A stretch of DNA of 59,988 bases from positions 1 to 59,988 of IMG/VR virus record IMGVR_UViG_3300030392_000341; one strand, 5' to 3'. The stretch comes from a virus. Lineage: Duplodnaviria; Caudoviricetes. The translations under genes and the position numbers were made by a program. Below the pieces are notes generated by a model. The model had not been told where the DNA came from, made no database searches, and worked only from the letters and a program-made list of their open reading frames with translations. This document shows, piece by piece, positions 1 to 9,574 of the stretch (position 1 is the first letter of the stretch; the number at the start of each line of letters is the position of its first letter).

Positions 1-101
1 TTTTAGTACAGGGTCTTTTGTTTTAAGACCATGTATCGCTTCTCCGATAACTAATTTATCTAGGTTAGGACCAGTAATTTCTTCATTATAAACTTCAATC
101 A
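1..101. repeat. Terminal direct overlap (copy 1), indicating a circular or circularly permuted assembly
   Basis: Positions 1-101 match 59888-59988, with one mismatch at position 99 (t vs c). Confidence 0.95.
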
Positions 102-3100
102 AATCAGTTCCCGGTTCAGGATTGTCTCGTTCATCTGCTGGATAATACTCTGCATGTCCTGTCTTACCTTCTGGACGCTCTGCTCTTCGTGCCGTGATGG
201 AATATTTATCCAATAACTTCTGATAAGGAGTAGCTTTTAATTCTGTTTTCTCAGTAACTTCTGCTGAAGTAATAGGTCCTCCTGATGACTTACCTAAAGG
301 TCGAGCACCTCCTATTCCTTTACCGCCTCCTATAGGTGTACCAAACCTAGCTGTAGCAGGTTCCGGTTCAAATAGAACATCACCAATTTGTTCTTGTAAG
401 AACTGTGATTGACCTGTAATCGGTAAAGCTGTCTTGAGAGCTTTAGATGGTCTACGAACTGCTAGCTCAAGCTGTGTAGCCGTTGGACCCAAGACCGTAG
501 CTAGAGGACTTGAGCCAAATTGTACTGAGCGTTTCGCATCTATGGCAAATTGTCCTGCGCCTGTAAAGCCAGAACGATAAACATTATCCCAAAATCTTTC
601 GGAAGGTGTCATCTTATTCTTACGGGGATTTCCTTCACTGCCCCATTTAATTCTATCTCTAGCTTCACCAGCAAAGTCAATAATACCCAACATGACTACT
701 CCGGTAGCTGCTGCTTGCCCAGCTTTAATCGCCTTCTCTGTAGCAGGAATAGAACGTCCTCCCATAATTTCAGGAGCTACTTCTCTATACCATCGTTTCA
801 TTACCGTATTGCCAAAGACAGTCTGAAATCCTTTAAGGTTAGATATAGTAGCAAAACGAGGGTCACTATGCCACATTGGTCTGTTAGTAACCCGTGGATT
901 CATAATAACATCATTAATGAATCGTACTCTTGCTCTGTTGATAACATTATTTCTAAAAGCAATATCAGCATCTGAAACTATATTGGACATACCATTTGTA
1001 CTACGATAATATTTTATAGCTTCTTGTGGGTCTATGCCTAAGTCCAGAAGTTGTCTTTGATATTTTTGTAATACTTTTTGACCTAAGTCAGGTCGAGTAG
1101 CCAGTGCTTTGATATTAGACTTGACAAGATTCTGTCCTACTTGGTCGGCAAAGATTCTAGTGAACTTGGTCCACTGAGATAAAAGAGTAAGGTCAAACCA
1201 AGCAGTATTCAGTTTATTTACTTCTCCACCAAACCCTTGAGTAAGACGTTCAATAGCTGCAGCACCTCCTGCATCCGCAGCTAGTCCAATATCTTTAGCT
1301 GCTATTTCTGCTTCTCCGCGCTTCACTCCCCTGAATGCATTACGAACAATCCCTCTCATTGCTGAATCAATAGTAGTTGGAACAGCTTTAATAAAAGCAG
1401 CAGTACCTCCTCTCATTAAAGCTACCATTGGCTCCGCTAAAGAAGCAAGGGTAGCCATAGCAAGAGTACGTATATTCTGATAAGTAGCAGCCCCTACAGA
1501 GAACTTATTCCACATTCTCTGAGAATGTTTAGTAGGATTAAACCGTTGTTGAAGAACATCAGCTATTTCATATACTCTATCAAGAGTACGAGGGTCTATT
1601 TTTATTCCTTGAGCTTTTAGTTCTTTTGACCCTTCTCGTACCCACTGACTAAGAATTTCTTCATTGGGTCCGAATAGATTAGCATAGGTTATCCGTCTAC
1701 CAGTATTATTAATATAATCTGAAAGTACTCCATAGAGATTATTAGAGAGGAAAGGTTCCAATTCATTATCGGGTGTGTTTGCTAAAAGAGTTCTGGCCTT
1801 TTCAAGATTGGTCTGTTTCTTACCTTTTCTTCCTACATATTTACGTCCTTCTCTAGCAGCTTGACGTTGCCCTGCGATAACTTGTTCTACAAAGGTAGCA
1901 TCTTCCACTCCACCATTTCTTTCAAAGTGTTGAATTACTTCATCAGGATTTTTAATACCCTTTGATTCCAAGAAAGCTCTGCCTTCAGGCTTATTCCATG
2001 CTTTCCAATTATGCACACGAGGAAAATAGTTAGTTCGTCTTTTAACATCTAGCCCTGCTTTTTGAGCATCATCCAAAATTCCATCTAATAATTTACGGAT
2101 ATCTTTAGCAGCATCTTTAAGAGTTTCTGGTAATTTATTAATAGAGGCTTGACCTCCTCGCAAAGCTCTTACCAATTGGAGATTCTGCTCATCGGATAAT
2201 ACAGGAACAATAGTTCTAAGACCGGGAACCGCTCGTCCCATTTTAGCAAGTGCTCCTTCAGGGGTTGCAAGATAAATCTTATCCATAATATCCTGCATCT
2301 TGCCAAAATATTTACCATGCACAGTGTGAAGATGCTCATAGAAATCATGAAGTTCTCCCTTAATTCCTTTAAGAGCTTCAGACTCTTCAAAATGTTCCAT
2401 AGTATTACGCAGTCTACGGAAATTAACAGAATTTCTAGCCAGTACATCCAAAGGAGAAATAGCTTTGGCTCCCATCCAACCTAAATCCATAACCGCTCTA
2501 TCACCAGCTTTCCTGCCAGCACCTCTAAACCTAGCCCAACGAGAAGGTTTAGGCTCTCCTGCTGCTGCTGTTGTCCCTCCTGTGGGAGGCTCTGCTCCTC
2601 CTCCTCCTCCTCCTCCTGTAGGAGTGTCATCAGTGCCTGTAAGAATACGAGGAGCACCAGAAGCATCTGAAGCTTCTCCAAATGTTTGATTCAGACTAGC
2701 AGGTGGTGGATTAGGCTCACCAAGTTCTGGAGAACGATACCGTTGATTTAAGTCTCTAGCGATATTACTTCTAGCAGGATAAGTAATTTCGGTTTTAGGA
2801 TTAATCCATTGACTTCCTTTACGTTCTATGGTTCTTAATCCCGGTGCAAAAGTTTCATTTAATTTAGCAGCCCTTGCAGGAGTAGCATAAGGATAAGTTT
2901 CATCTTTTTTCTTTGCTGTATTTATCCAACGAGATTCAATATAATCAGGAGCAGGAATTATCTTTTTCCCTGTATGGTCTAAAGCTCCCCATGTAAACTT
3001 TCCTCCATCTACAGTAGTCTCACCAGAAATAAGTTCAGGCATCTGGTATTGAACACGACGACCTTCTGACAAATCTCCAAAACCGGGAACCTGTTGTTGA

Positions 3101-3990
3101 ATTTCTTCTAGAAGGCGAGGTCTATTATATTGTAATGTTAAAGCTCTGCTAAAACCATTCTTGATTGGTGCTGGTTGTCCTAGAGCATTAATCCATGCAC
3201 CTGACTGCCATGTATATGTATTTCCATCCAATACACTTTTAACAGTATATCCATTATTTAAATCGGCAGTGCTAAAATCAGCCTCATCAAGCTGCTGAAC
3301 AGGTGCTTCATCAATAGCTTTACCTGCTTTTTCCGCATTAGCTAACCGTCTAGCTCTCATAGAGTGTCCTAAATAACCAAGACCTCCTATGAGAGTAGTA
3401 CCGAATACAGCAGTCTCTGCTAAGATTTTAGCTTTCTTGGTATAGGCATCGTCATCAGGATGAATCTCTGTAGGACCGCCAATCAAGTTACCAATAGATA
3501 ACATATCAGTGGGGTCAGTAACTGCAAAAGCAGTAAGAGAATCAGCCCCTATAATACCAGCGGCAGTTTGTTTAGGGGTCCACTTACGAAGTTTACCTAA
3601 TTTTGCTACTTTAGCGGTAGCCGCTATACCGGGAGCAAGATAAGACAATACATCAGCCGCTACTTTACCGGGTTTAGTCTGTGTCCATGCATCATCTCCT
3701 ACAGCAAACCCTGCAGAATCACGAAGCCAATCACGCATATCTCTTATCTGTGTGTCTGCTTCTTCAGCTTGACCTACAAATCCAGCCAAGCCTCTGGTAA
3801 TCTCAGAAGCACCCTCAAAGAGAATATTTAATCCTTCAGATGCAGCTAGGCCCAACGAGAAATCTTTTGGCTGTTGCTTCTGCCATTCAATAGCTCTCGC
3901 TGTTCTGTCAGCAACTAAATCTTCATAGTTACTACCCCCTCTTAGAGAAGGTGTAGTGCCTAGTAACACATCCATGTCGAGATTAGGCAT
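1..3990 (-). CDS. Large internal virion (ejection/core) protein, N-terminal part; continues across the join into 59887..59069 (about 1602 aa total)
   Basis: ATG at 3990 (MPNLDMDVLLGTTPSLRGG...). It is absent from the ORF track, consistent with running off the window end. Translation ...IHGLKTKDPVLK|KLTDEFKYIMKNNPVQ... joins in frame to ORF 59069..59860. It lies after the other internal-protein genes. Confidence 0.8.
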   Translation of the reverse strand, partial: MPNLDMDVLLGTTPSLRGGSNYEDLVADRTARAIEWQKQQPKDFSLGLAASEGLNILFEGASEITRGLAGFVGQAEEADTQIRDMRDWLRDSAGFAVGDDAWTQTKPGKVAADVLSYLAPGIAATAKVAKLGKLRKWTPKQTAAGIIGADSLTAFAVTDPTDMLSIGNLIGGPTEIHPDDDAYTKKAKILAETAVFGTTLIGGLGYLGHSMRARRLANAEKAGKAIDEAPVQQLDEADFSTADLNNGYTVKSVLDGNTYTWQSGAWINALGQPAPIKNGFSRALTLQYNRPRLLEEIQQQVPGFGDLSEGRRVQYQMPELISGETTVDGGKFTWGALDHTGKKIIPAPDYIESRWINTAKKKDETYPYATPARAAKLNETFAPGLRTIERKGSQWINPKTEITYPARSNIARDLNQRYRSPELGEPNPPPASLNQTFGEASDASGAPRILTGTDDTPTGGGGGGGAEPPTGGTTAAAGEPKPSRWARFRGAGRKAGDRAVMDLGWMGAKAISPLDVLARNSVNFRRLRNTMEHFEESEALKGIKGELHDFYEHLHTVHGKYFGKMQDIMDKIYLATPEGALAKMGRAVPGLRTIVPVLSDEQNLQLVRALRGGQASINKLPETLKDAAKDIRKLLDGILDDAQKAGLDVKRRTNYFPRVHNWKAWNKPEGRAFLESKGIKNPDEVIQHFERNGGVEDATFVEQVIAGQRQAAREGRKYVGRKGKKQTNLEKARTLLANTPDNELEPFLSNNLYGVLSDYINNTGRRITYANLFGPNEEILSQWVREGSKELKAQGIKIDPRTLDRVYEIADVLQQRFNPTKHSQRMWNKFSVGAATYQNIRTLAMATLASLAEPMVALMRGGTAAFIKAVPTTIDSAMRGIVRNAFRGVKRGEAEIAAKDIGLAADAGGAAAIERLTQGFGGEVNKLNTAWFDLTLLSQWTKFTRIFADQVGQNLVKSNIKALATRPDLGQKVLQKYQRQLLDLGIDPQEAIKYYRSTNGMSNIVSDADIAFRNNVINRARVRFINDVIMNPRVTNRPMWHSDPRFATISNLKGFQTVFGNTVMKRWYREVAPEIMGGRSIPATEKAIKAGQAAATGVVMLGIIDFAGEARDRIKWGSEGNPRKNKMTPSERFWDNVYRSGFTGAGQFAIDAKRSVQFGSSPLATVLGPTATQLELAVRRPSKALKTALPITGQSQFLQEQIGDVLFEPEPATARFGTPIGGGKGIGGARPLGKSSGGPITSAEVTEKTELKATPYQKLLDKYSITARRAERPEGKTGHAEYYPADERDNPEPGTDLIEVYNEEITGPNLDKLVIGEAIHGLKTKDPVLK

Positions 3991-4007
3991 TACATTATCC
4001 TATATAA

Positions 4008-6293
4008 TTAGTCTGTATCTTCAAGAACAAAAGCTCTCCACTCATCCCACTCACCACCTTTGGTTTTATATGCTTTAGCAAAGAATTCATAAGAACCATC
4101 AACCGTCATGGGGTCCCAGCCGTTCTTTTTTGCTAACAGACTTATTTCTAAAGCTCTAGATAACTTGTCAGCTACATCCCTATCATAACCTTTATCTCCA
4201 TCACCAGCCATAGATGAATAAATAAGTGTTTTCTCAATTATCTCAGGATGATTATCCTCTGGGAATAGTTTATTGAAACGGCTAAAATTCCTAGTTGCAG
4301 TAGCATTAAAATTAGCAAGCTCTTCACTATCTTTTTCCAAGCCTAACTCATTTATGAAGCTGGGAGCTTGAGTAGCATAGTAGTCAGGATTAATTTTAAG
4401 AGGGTCGGGGGTACCATGTTCAATTTCCCAACGCCTTGCCTCTTCCTTTGTCTGTGCTTGGCCTGCTTCTATACGAGCGAGTTCTTTTAAGGTCCCTACA
4501 TCCTGTATTCCTCGTTCTTCCCTAGCTTCGCTAATACCTTGTGAAGCTTGATTAGCAGCCCCTGTGAGCAGTTCTAAGGCAGTTGGCTGCTGGAAGGCTC
4601 CTAACCCTCCCCTTGCACTCCTAGCCTCTTCTATGGCCTTCTGAGAAGCTCCTGCTGCTTTTCCTAACCCTACTTGATACAGCGGCATCTGATTAGACCC
4701 ATAAGATTCCAAAGCTGCCTTATATTTCTCAAAGGCAGAAGAAGTAGGACTCAATGGAGGACCAGAAGTTTGAGGAGCATCCGGTGAAACCAGAGGAGTT
4801 GAAGATTTTTTTATCATATCTTGTTGAGTCTCTATCTCAATACCGTCATCATCATCGGAAGGCTGGTCTAAAAATAATTTTTCTCTTGCTGTAAGTATAC
4901 GTTCCCCCCCAGAAGGCTCAACATAAGGATGTTCTCCATAATGCCACTCTCCCCCTTTCTTTCCTATACGTTGAGGCGTACTTCTATCAAGCCTATTTCT
5001 TTCGGCTTCTTGTATTGCACGAGCAATTTGTTGTCTTTTAGTAAGCATAGCTTCTTCAAGACTTCCAGCTTGTAAAGAAACAATACCTCCTCCAGCAAAG
5101 GAACCCACCTGTCCTCCTGTATTTCCTCTCTTGAATCCTCCAAGATTACCATATAAATTCAACCCTGAAAGACCGGCATTAATAAGCTGAGAAGACAAAG
5201 GAGTTTGAATGAGAGGTTCTTTTTGAACTTTTGTAGAACCCGGAGCACTGGGGAATCCACGAATAATAGATTGATACGCTTGCAGTTCTCCTTTAGGAAA
5301 GAATTTCTCCTGTTCAAATTGCTGACGAGCTAAATCCAGTGCTTGTTGACGTTGTCCTTGTTGTACTTCTCCCACACCAGCTAATCCTGCAATCTGCCTT
5401 CTGGCTCTATCCGCTGCACCTTCACCCATTGTAGCAAATTGAGCACCTAATCCTCCCAGTTGCTGACCACCCAGAAGCTGTCGTTTTCTCTCTTCTTCCA
5501 ATCCTCTGGAAGCTGTATCATAACCAGCATAAAGTCCTCGTTCCTGAATATCACTCAGTTGTTGAGCTAGATTACGCCCTGCTTCCGCTTCCATTACTCC
5601 CGCTCTGGACCCTCCATAAGAGGCTGCTCCAGCCGCTTCTCTACCTCTGACCTGACGGGCGACATCCTCATCCCGCCTTGCTTCTCGTTTAGCAATATCA
5701 ATTACATTTTGTTGGAAGGGATTGATACGTCCTTGAATTTCTTCTGAAGTTATTTCTTCTGTACCTTCTCCCAGTTGTCCTCTTCCTGTACGTAAAGATT
5801 CCAGACCTTCCCCATAGAATAGTCTGGGGTCACCTAGTCCTGTGCCAGCTAGTCCTGTACCGAATTGCTGTCTACCAAGTTCAAACGCTGCTTGCTGTTC
5901 AGGACGAAAACCTGCCAGTTTGGGGCCGGGGAAGGGAAGGAAACCTTCTGCTCGACCTGCATCATACTCTGCTTGGGCTTCTCCAGCGATACGGGAAATA
6001 TGAGGTTTTAACTCTTCTGGAAATTCAGCGGTCTGTGTGATATCCTGTGTAGTCACAGGCTGGGGTGGGGGTGGAGAACCTCCTCCTCCTTTGTACTCCC
6101 GTAGTCCTGTAAGCTCATTAATTGTTCCGCTTCCTCCCATAGATTTCAACCAACGAGCTTCAAATGTATTTACATGAGCAAGCTCTGTGTCTCCATCCGT
6201 TCCTCTTTCAGAGATATCCCAGTACAATGCATTGAACAGGTCAACCTTCTCTGGCATCGAAAAATCGGAAATCAATTTTTTTGCATTAATCAT
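4008..6293 (-). CDS. Putative internal virion / DNA ejection protein (761 aa)
   Basis: Q/G/A-rich helical protein with ASYGGSR and N-terminal GDTELAHVN...TGLREY motifs; located downstream of the tail nozzle and GNAT-like gene. Confidence 0.7.
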   Translation of the reverse strand: MINAKKLISDFSMPEKVDLFNALYWDISERGTDGDTELAHVNTFEARWLKSMGGSGTINELTGLREYKGGGGSPPPPQPVTTQDITQTAEFPEELKPHISRIAGEAQAEYDAGRAEGFLPFPGPKLAGFRPEQQAAFELGRQQFGTGLAGTGLGDPRLFYGEGLESLRTGRGQLGEGTEEITSEEIQGRINPFQQNVIDIAKREARRDEDVARQVRGREAAGAASYGGSRAGVMEAEAGRNLAQQLSDIQERGLYAGYDTASRGLEEERKRQLLGGQQLGGLGAQFATMGEGAADRARRQIAGLAGVGEVQQGQRQQALDLARQQFEQEKFFPKGELQAYQSIIRGFPSAPGSTKVQKEPLIQTPLSSQLINAGLSGLNLYGNLGGFKRGNTGGQVGSFAGGGIVSLQAGSLEEAMLTKRQQIARAIQEAERNRLDRSTPQRIGKKGGEWHYGEHPYVEPSGGERILTAREKLFLDQPSDDDDGIEIETQQDMIKKSSTPLVSPDAPQTSGPPLSPTSSAFEKYKAALESYGSNQMPLYQVGLGKAAGASQKAIEEARSARGGLGAFQQPTALELLTGAANQASQGISEAREERGIQDVGTLKELARIEAGQAQTKEEARRWEIEHGTPDPLKINPDYYATQAPSFINELGLEKDSEELANFNATATRNFSRFNKLFPEDNHPEIIEKTLIYSSMAGDGDKGYDRDVADKLSRALEISLLAKKNGWDPMTVDGSYEFFAKAYKTKGGEWDEWRAFVLEDTD
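5502..5552. repeat. 51-bp dispersed repeat, copy 1
   Basis: 49/51 identical to 32363-32413. Confidence 0.9.
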
Positions 6294-6708
6294 CTTCTAT
6301 TTCCTTCACTAATACTGTATAGTATTTTTTGTATCCTTTAGATTTTAAAGCCCTTGTCCAGCCATCTCGTCCTGCTGTTTCAATATGACTGATACCATTT
6401 TCCTTACAGAATTTTTCAACAGGTTCACTCCACACATCTAACCACTTTTTCATCGTATTCGGTTTAGCTCCCCACAAATGACCTCGTAAATGTTTTTGAT
6501 TAGGGTAAGTATAAATCTCTGTAGTAAAGGCAACGATAATTTCTTCCTCCGCAATAAGCCAAAGTTGTTGTCGTTCCGTTTTCAACCAGTTTTTTACATC
6601 TTCTAAACCAATTTCTCCTATTGTTCTATTCAGTGCCTTTTTTAATAAAGGTCCTGCATAAGGCCACAATACATCAATATACTGAGGCTCCGCTTTATAG
6701 ACAACCAT
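6286..6708 (-). CDS. GNAT-fold-like virion assembly protein (T7 gp13 / P22 gp14-like position)
   Basis: C-terminal ETAGRDGWTRALKSKGY motif; 140 aa; lies between internal protein genes. Confidence 0.55.
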   Translation of the reverse strand: MVVYKAEPQYIDVLWPYAGPLLKKALNRTIGEIGLEDVKNWLKTERQQLWLIAEEEIIVAFTTEIYTYPNQKHLRGHLWGAKPNTMKKWLDVWSEPVEKFCKENGISHIETAGRDGWTRALKSKGYKKYYTVLVKEIEDD

Positions 6709-8658
6709 CTAGGTCGTGAGTGCTTTCTTCAATTCTTTTTTCCCGTCTATCTGATTAACCTGATGTTTGTGTCCTACAGAAGCCTGTCTAATCTGTTTAA
6801 CTGTCTTATCCAGTATATCTGCACCCGCATTACTGCTACCATTCCCTAGCATGGAGACTGCATCGGCTGGCCATACATACTCATCTCTTGCTATAACAGC
6901 ATCGGTATCAGTATCTTTAAGGAAACCCATGCCTCCTCCTTGTGGTGATTCCACTATATTAAAACGTCTGTCATCAGACATGCCATCTCCTGTAGTATGT
7001 ACCTGCCCTTCAAAGACAGAACCGCCATGAGCATTGGAAATCATAGAAGCTACGATTTCATCTTCGCTAAAGCCAGAAGGCGCAGAAGAGGAGGATAATA
7101 AATTAGGTAAACCTCCTGCTGTTTCTCCTGTCATAGCAGCCAAGATTTGGTCTTCTGTCAGATTACCACTACCAAAGGTAGAAAAGTCTCTGGCTGTTCT
7201 GGGACTACGACCAATAATTGTCCCTGCCATCTGAGGAAGCGTACTTAATTCTTCGATAGATAGTTGTTCAGTTCCTCCCTCTCCCGCTCCTATGCCTCCC
7301 CAACTAGAGGGCCAATCTTCTCTCTGACTTAGTGCATCTATGACTAGTGGCTGTGTTACTGCTCTGGTTTGAGGATTTGCAAAAGCTGATGTTGGAAACT
7401 TATTACCATAACTCTGTCTTTCTACTTCTTGAGCTACTGCTTGTGGGCCAGCACTAATAATAGATGGAAATACTGATAGACCTGATAGAGTTGAACCCGG
7501 AGCACCTCCACTCCACAGTTCAACTATTCCACCTTTTTTATTTGCTACTATATCGTCTTCTTCTTCAAAGAATGCCCCTAATCCCTCTCCCTCTACTCCT
7601 TCTTCTATCTCTTCACCAGTTATTTCATCTAATTCTCTGACCTTTCTGCCTGTTACAGGAAGAGACTCTGTAGCTTTTCTGGCAGTTCCAAAGGTACTGG
7701 GAAAATCTGCTGCAGTTGGCCCCTGATTAGCTAATAAAGTACCCGCCATTGCAGCACCAGTAATAGGTAATCTATTACGTTCTATCCATGTTTGTTCATA
7801 GGCATTGGTAGCAGGTGTTGTAGCTTCAGTATCAGTGGTACTAGAAGTAGGAAGAAAGTTGCGACCTATGGCTTTCAGTCTCTCCCATGTATTAGGTGGA
7901 GAAACATTTCTCGCACCACCCATCTTAGTAATATCTAGCTCGCTTAATGTTGGTGGAGGTTGATAATTAAATCCCATTGGTGGAATATTTCCTCCTGCTG
8001 TACCTGTAACTTTAGGAATAGCTGCTATCCCCGGTATGGCAGATTGAGTAGCTCCTGCTGTCATTGGGTTTACCGCAAAACCAAAATTACCAGCACCAGT
8101 AGGAACACCACTACCCATATAAGGCATCGCAGCACCAACACTAGGAGCTAAAACAGAAGTTCCAGCAGCAGAGCCAAGACCTCCAACACCCGGAATATAA
8201 TTAGTAGGAAGACCGAAACCGCCGCCAATCATTCCACTACCACCAACTGCTCCCCCTGTTCCTCCAAATAAACCTTGAAGACCTGTAAATGGCCCCCATG
8301 CAGAACCCATTCCTCCAGCAGCCGTAGCCCCAATGCCCGTAGTACTCATAAAGCCAGCACCACCAAGACCCGCAAGTCCTCCTAGTGCCGCACCTTTCAG
8401 AACATTCTTAAATCCACCACCTTTAGCTCCTCCAGCAATACCTCCAACAGCGGCTCCTAAAATAGGCAACCACCAAGCAAAGCCTTCAGGCGCACCTGTG
8501 TCAGGATTGCGTGTCAATCCACCGGGAGTCATAGCGTCAAACATCTTGACTTCCATTGGATTCATATGAACAAGCTCTGTATCTCCGTATCGACCTTGCA
8601 TCGCCATCAAGCTTGCAAGACCACTCCCCGGAGCATCTCTATTCATATACATAGCCAT
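6709..8658 (-). CDS. Putative internal virion protein (649 aa), Gly-rich
   Basis: GRYGDTELVHMNP...NPDTGAPE N-terminal motif, a Gly-rich hydrophobic stretch, and a C-terminal GDGMSDD...DEYVWPADAV motif. Confidence 0.7.
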   Translation of the reverse strand: MAMYMNRDAPGSGLASLMAMQGRYGDTELVHMNPMEVKMFDAMTPGGLTRNPDTGAPEGFAWWLPILGAAVGGIAGGAKGGGFKNVLKGAALGGLAGLGGAGFMSTTGIGATAAGGMGSAWGPFTGLQGLFGGTGGAVGGSGMIGGGFGLPTNYIPGVGGLGSAAGTSVLAPSVGAAMPYMGSGVPTGAGNFGFAVNPMTAGATQSAIPGIAAIPKVTGTAGGNIPPMGFNYQPPPTLSELDITKMGGARNVSPPNTWERLKAIGRNFLPTSSTTDTEATTPATNAYEQTWIERNRLPITGAAMAGTLLANQGPTAADFPSTFGTARKATESLPVTGRKVRELDEITGEEIEEGVEGEGLGAFFEEEDDIVANKKGGIVELWSGGAPGSTLSGLSVFPSIISAGPQAVAQEVERQSYGNKFPTSAFANPQTRAVTQPLVIDALSQREDWPSSWGGIGAGEGGTEQLSIEELSTLPQMAGTIIGRSPRTARDFSTFGSGNLTEDQILAAMTGETAGGLPNLLSSSSAPSGFSEDEIVASMISNAHGGSVFEGQVHTTGDGMSDDRRFNIVESPQGGGMGFLKDTDTDAVIARDEYVWPADAVSMLGNGSSNAGADILDKTVKQIRQASVGHKHQVNQIDGKKELKKALTT

Positions 8659-8659
8659 A

Positions 8660-9280
8660 TTAATATACTCCTGATGGATTCATATAATTGGACTGAGGTC
8701 TGGTATTGTTAGCCTGAAAATTACTAGGACTTGTAGAAGGAGTCTTGAACATGCTTCCTGCTAATGGTGGAGGAAGGTAAGTTTGCCCTGTCAACACATT
8801 GGAGGGATAGGAACCTCCAAACTGGTGCGACGTAGGTAGTGGTATTGTACTGGACCCCGGACCTTGAGGATTGACAGCATATTGATTCATTCTGTCATCC
8901 ATGTAGCCTCCTCCTGCCATCCCTACTCCCAAAGCTTGTTGTAGTTTGGCTATTAAATCAGGATTATTTCTAAGTAAATCTTGGATTCCTCCTCCTTGAG
9001 GCTGTTGCATAGCCATCGTTGAAGTAGGTCCTCCCAGATTTATTTGTGAACCTGTTGTACCTAAATTTGTTAAACCCCCACCCTGATAACTGTTGGTTTC
9101 TTCTTGGTCATCATTATTAAACAAATTAGCTAACATAAATGGAAGCATATAATTATCCATATACCCTTCATGACCTCCTTCAATAACAGAGCCTATAGGA
9201 GAAAACTGAGAAACAATGCTGCTGTCTGCATTATTTCCTCTATTTTGTAATAATGATATTAAACCTTGTGGTTGAGTCAT
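8660..9280 (-). CDS. Hypothetical low-complexity (G/Q/N/P) putative virion protein
   Basis: 206-aa ORF with an AGGA RBS, tightly packed in the late operon. Confidence 0.6.
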   Translation of the reverse strand: MTQPQGLISLLQNRGNNADSSIVSQFSPIGSVIEGGHEGYMDNYMLPFMLANLFNNDDQEETNSYQGGGLTNLGTTGSQINLGGPTSTMAMQQPQGGGIQDLLRNNPDLIAKLQQALGVGMAGGGYMDDRMNQYAVNPQGPGSSTIPLPTSHQFGGSYPSNVLTGQTYLPPPLAGSMFKTPSTSPSNFQANNTRPQSNYMNPSGVY

Positions 9281-9289
9281 TTTCCTATC

Positions 9290-9574
9290 CTAATTTAAAT
9301 TTTGCCATTCTGTTGTAGCTCCAGAACTTACATACCCTTTGAACTTTCCAGTACTTGCTGAGTAAGCTATATCCCCTGCGGCTGGTCTACCTATTTCCGT
9401 TACTGTTACTACGGAATAAATCTTTGTAGAAGGAGTAGCGTCCACCTGCTCATCTCTTAACTCTAATTCATTAACAATATTTGCCGCCCATCTTCTCACT
9501 ATGCCGTATAGTGCTTCTGCATTCTGTGTTTTATGATGCCATAAAGAAGAAGGTAATAAAGAGTATCTTGCCAT
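9290..9574 (-). CDS. Small tail-associated protein
   Basis: 94 aa, coupled to the nozzle gene; C-terminal GDIAYSASTGKFKGY..W motif typical of fibre repeats. Confidence 0.6.
   Translation of the reverse strand: MARYSLLPSSLWHHKTQNAEALYGIVRRWAANIVNELELRDEQVDATPSTKIYSVVTVTEIGRPAAGDIAYSASTGKFKGYVSSGATTEWQNLN

Noticed and set aside
1-101. Biological direct terminal repeat
   Set aside because: It falls inside an open gene and has k-mer/read-overlap length, so it is best explained as assembly circularisation.
550-2689. Track ORFs 550..975, 2169..2447, 2465..2689 and 2481..2681
   Set aside because: These are shadow frames of the long minus-strand gene 3990..1; the poly-P and poly-E come from a (GGA)7 poly-Gly linker at 2596-2616.
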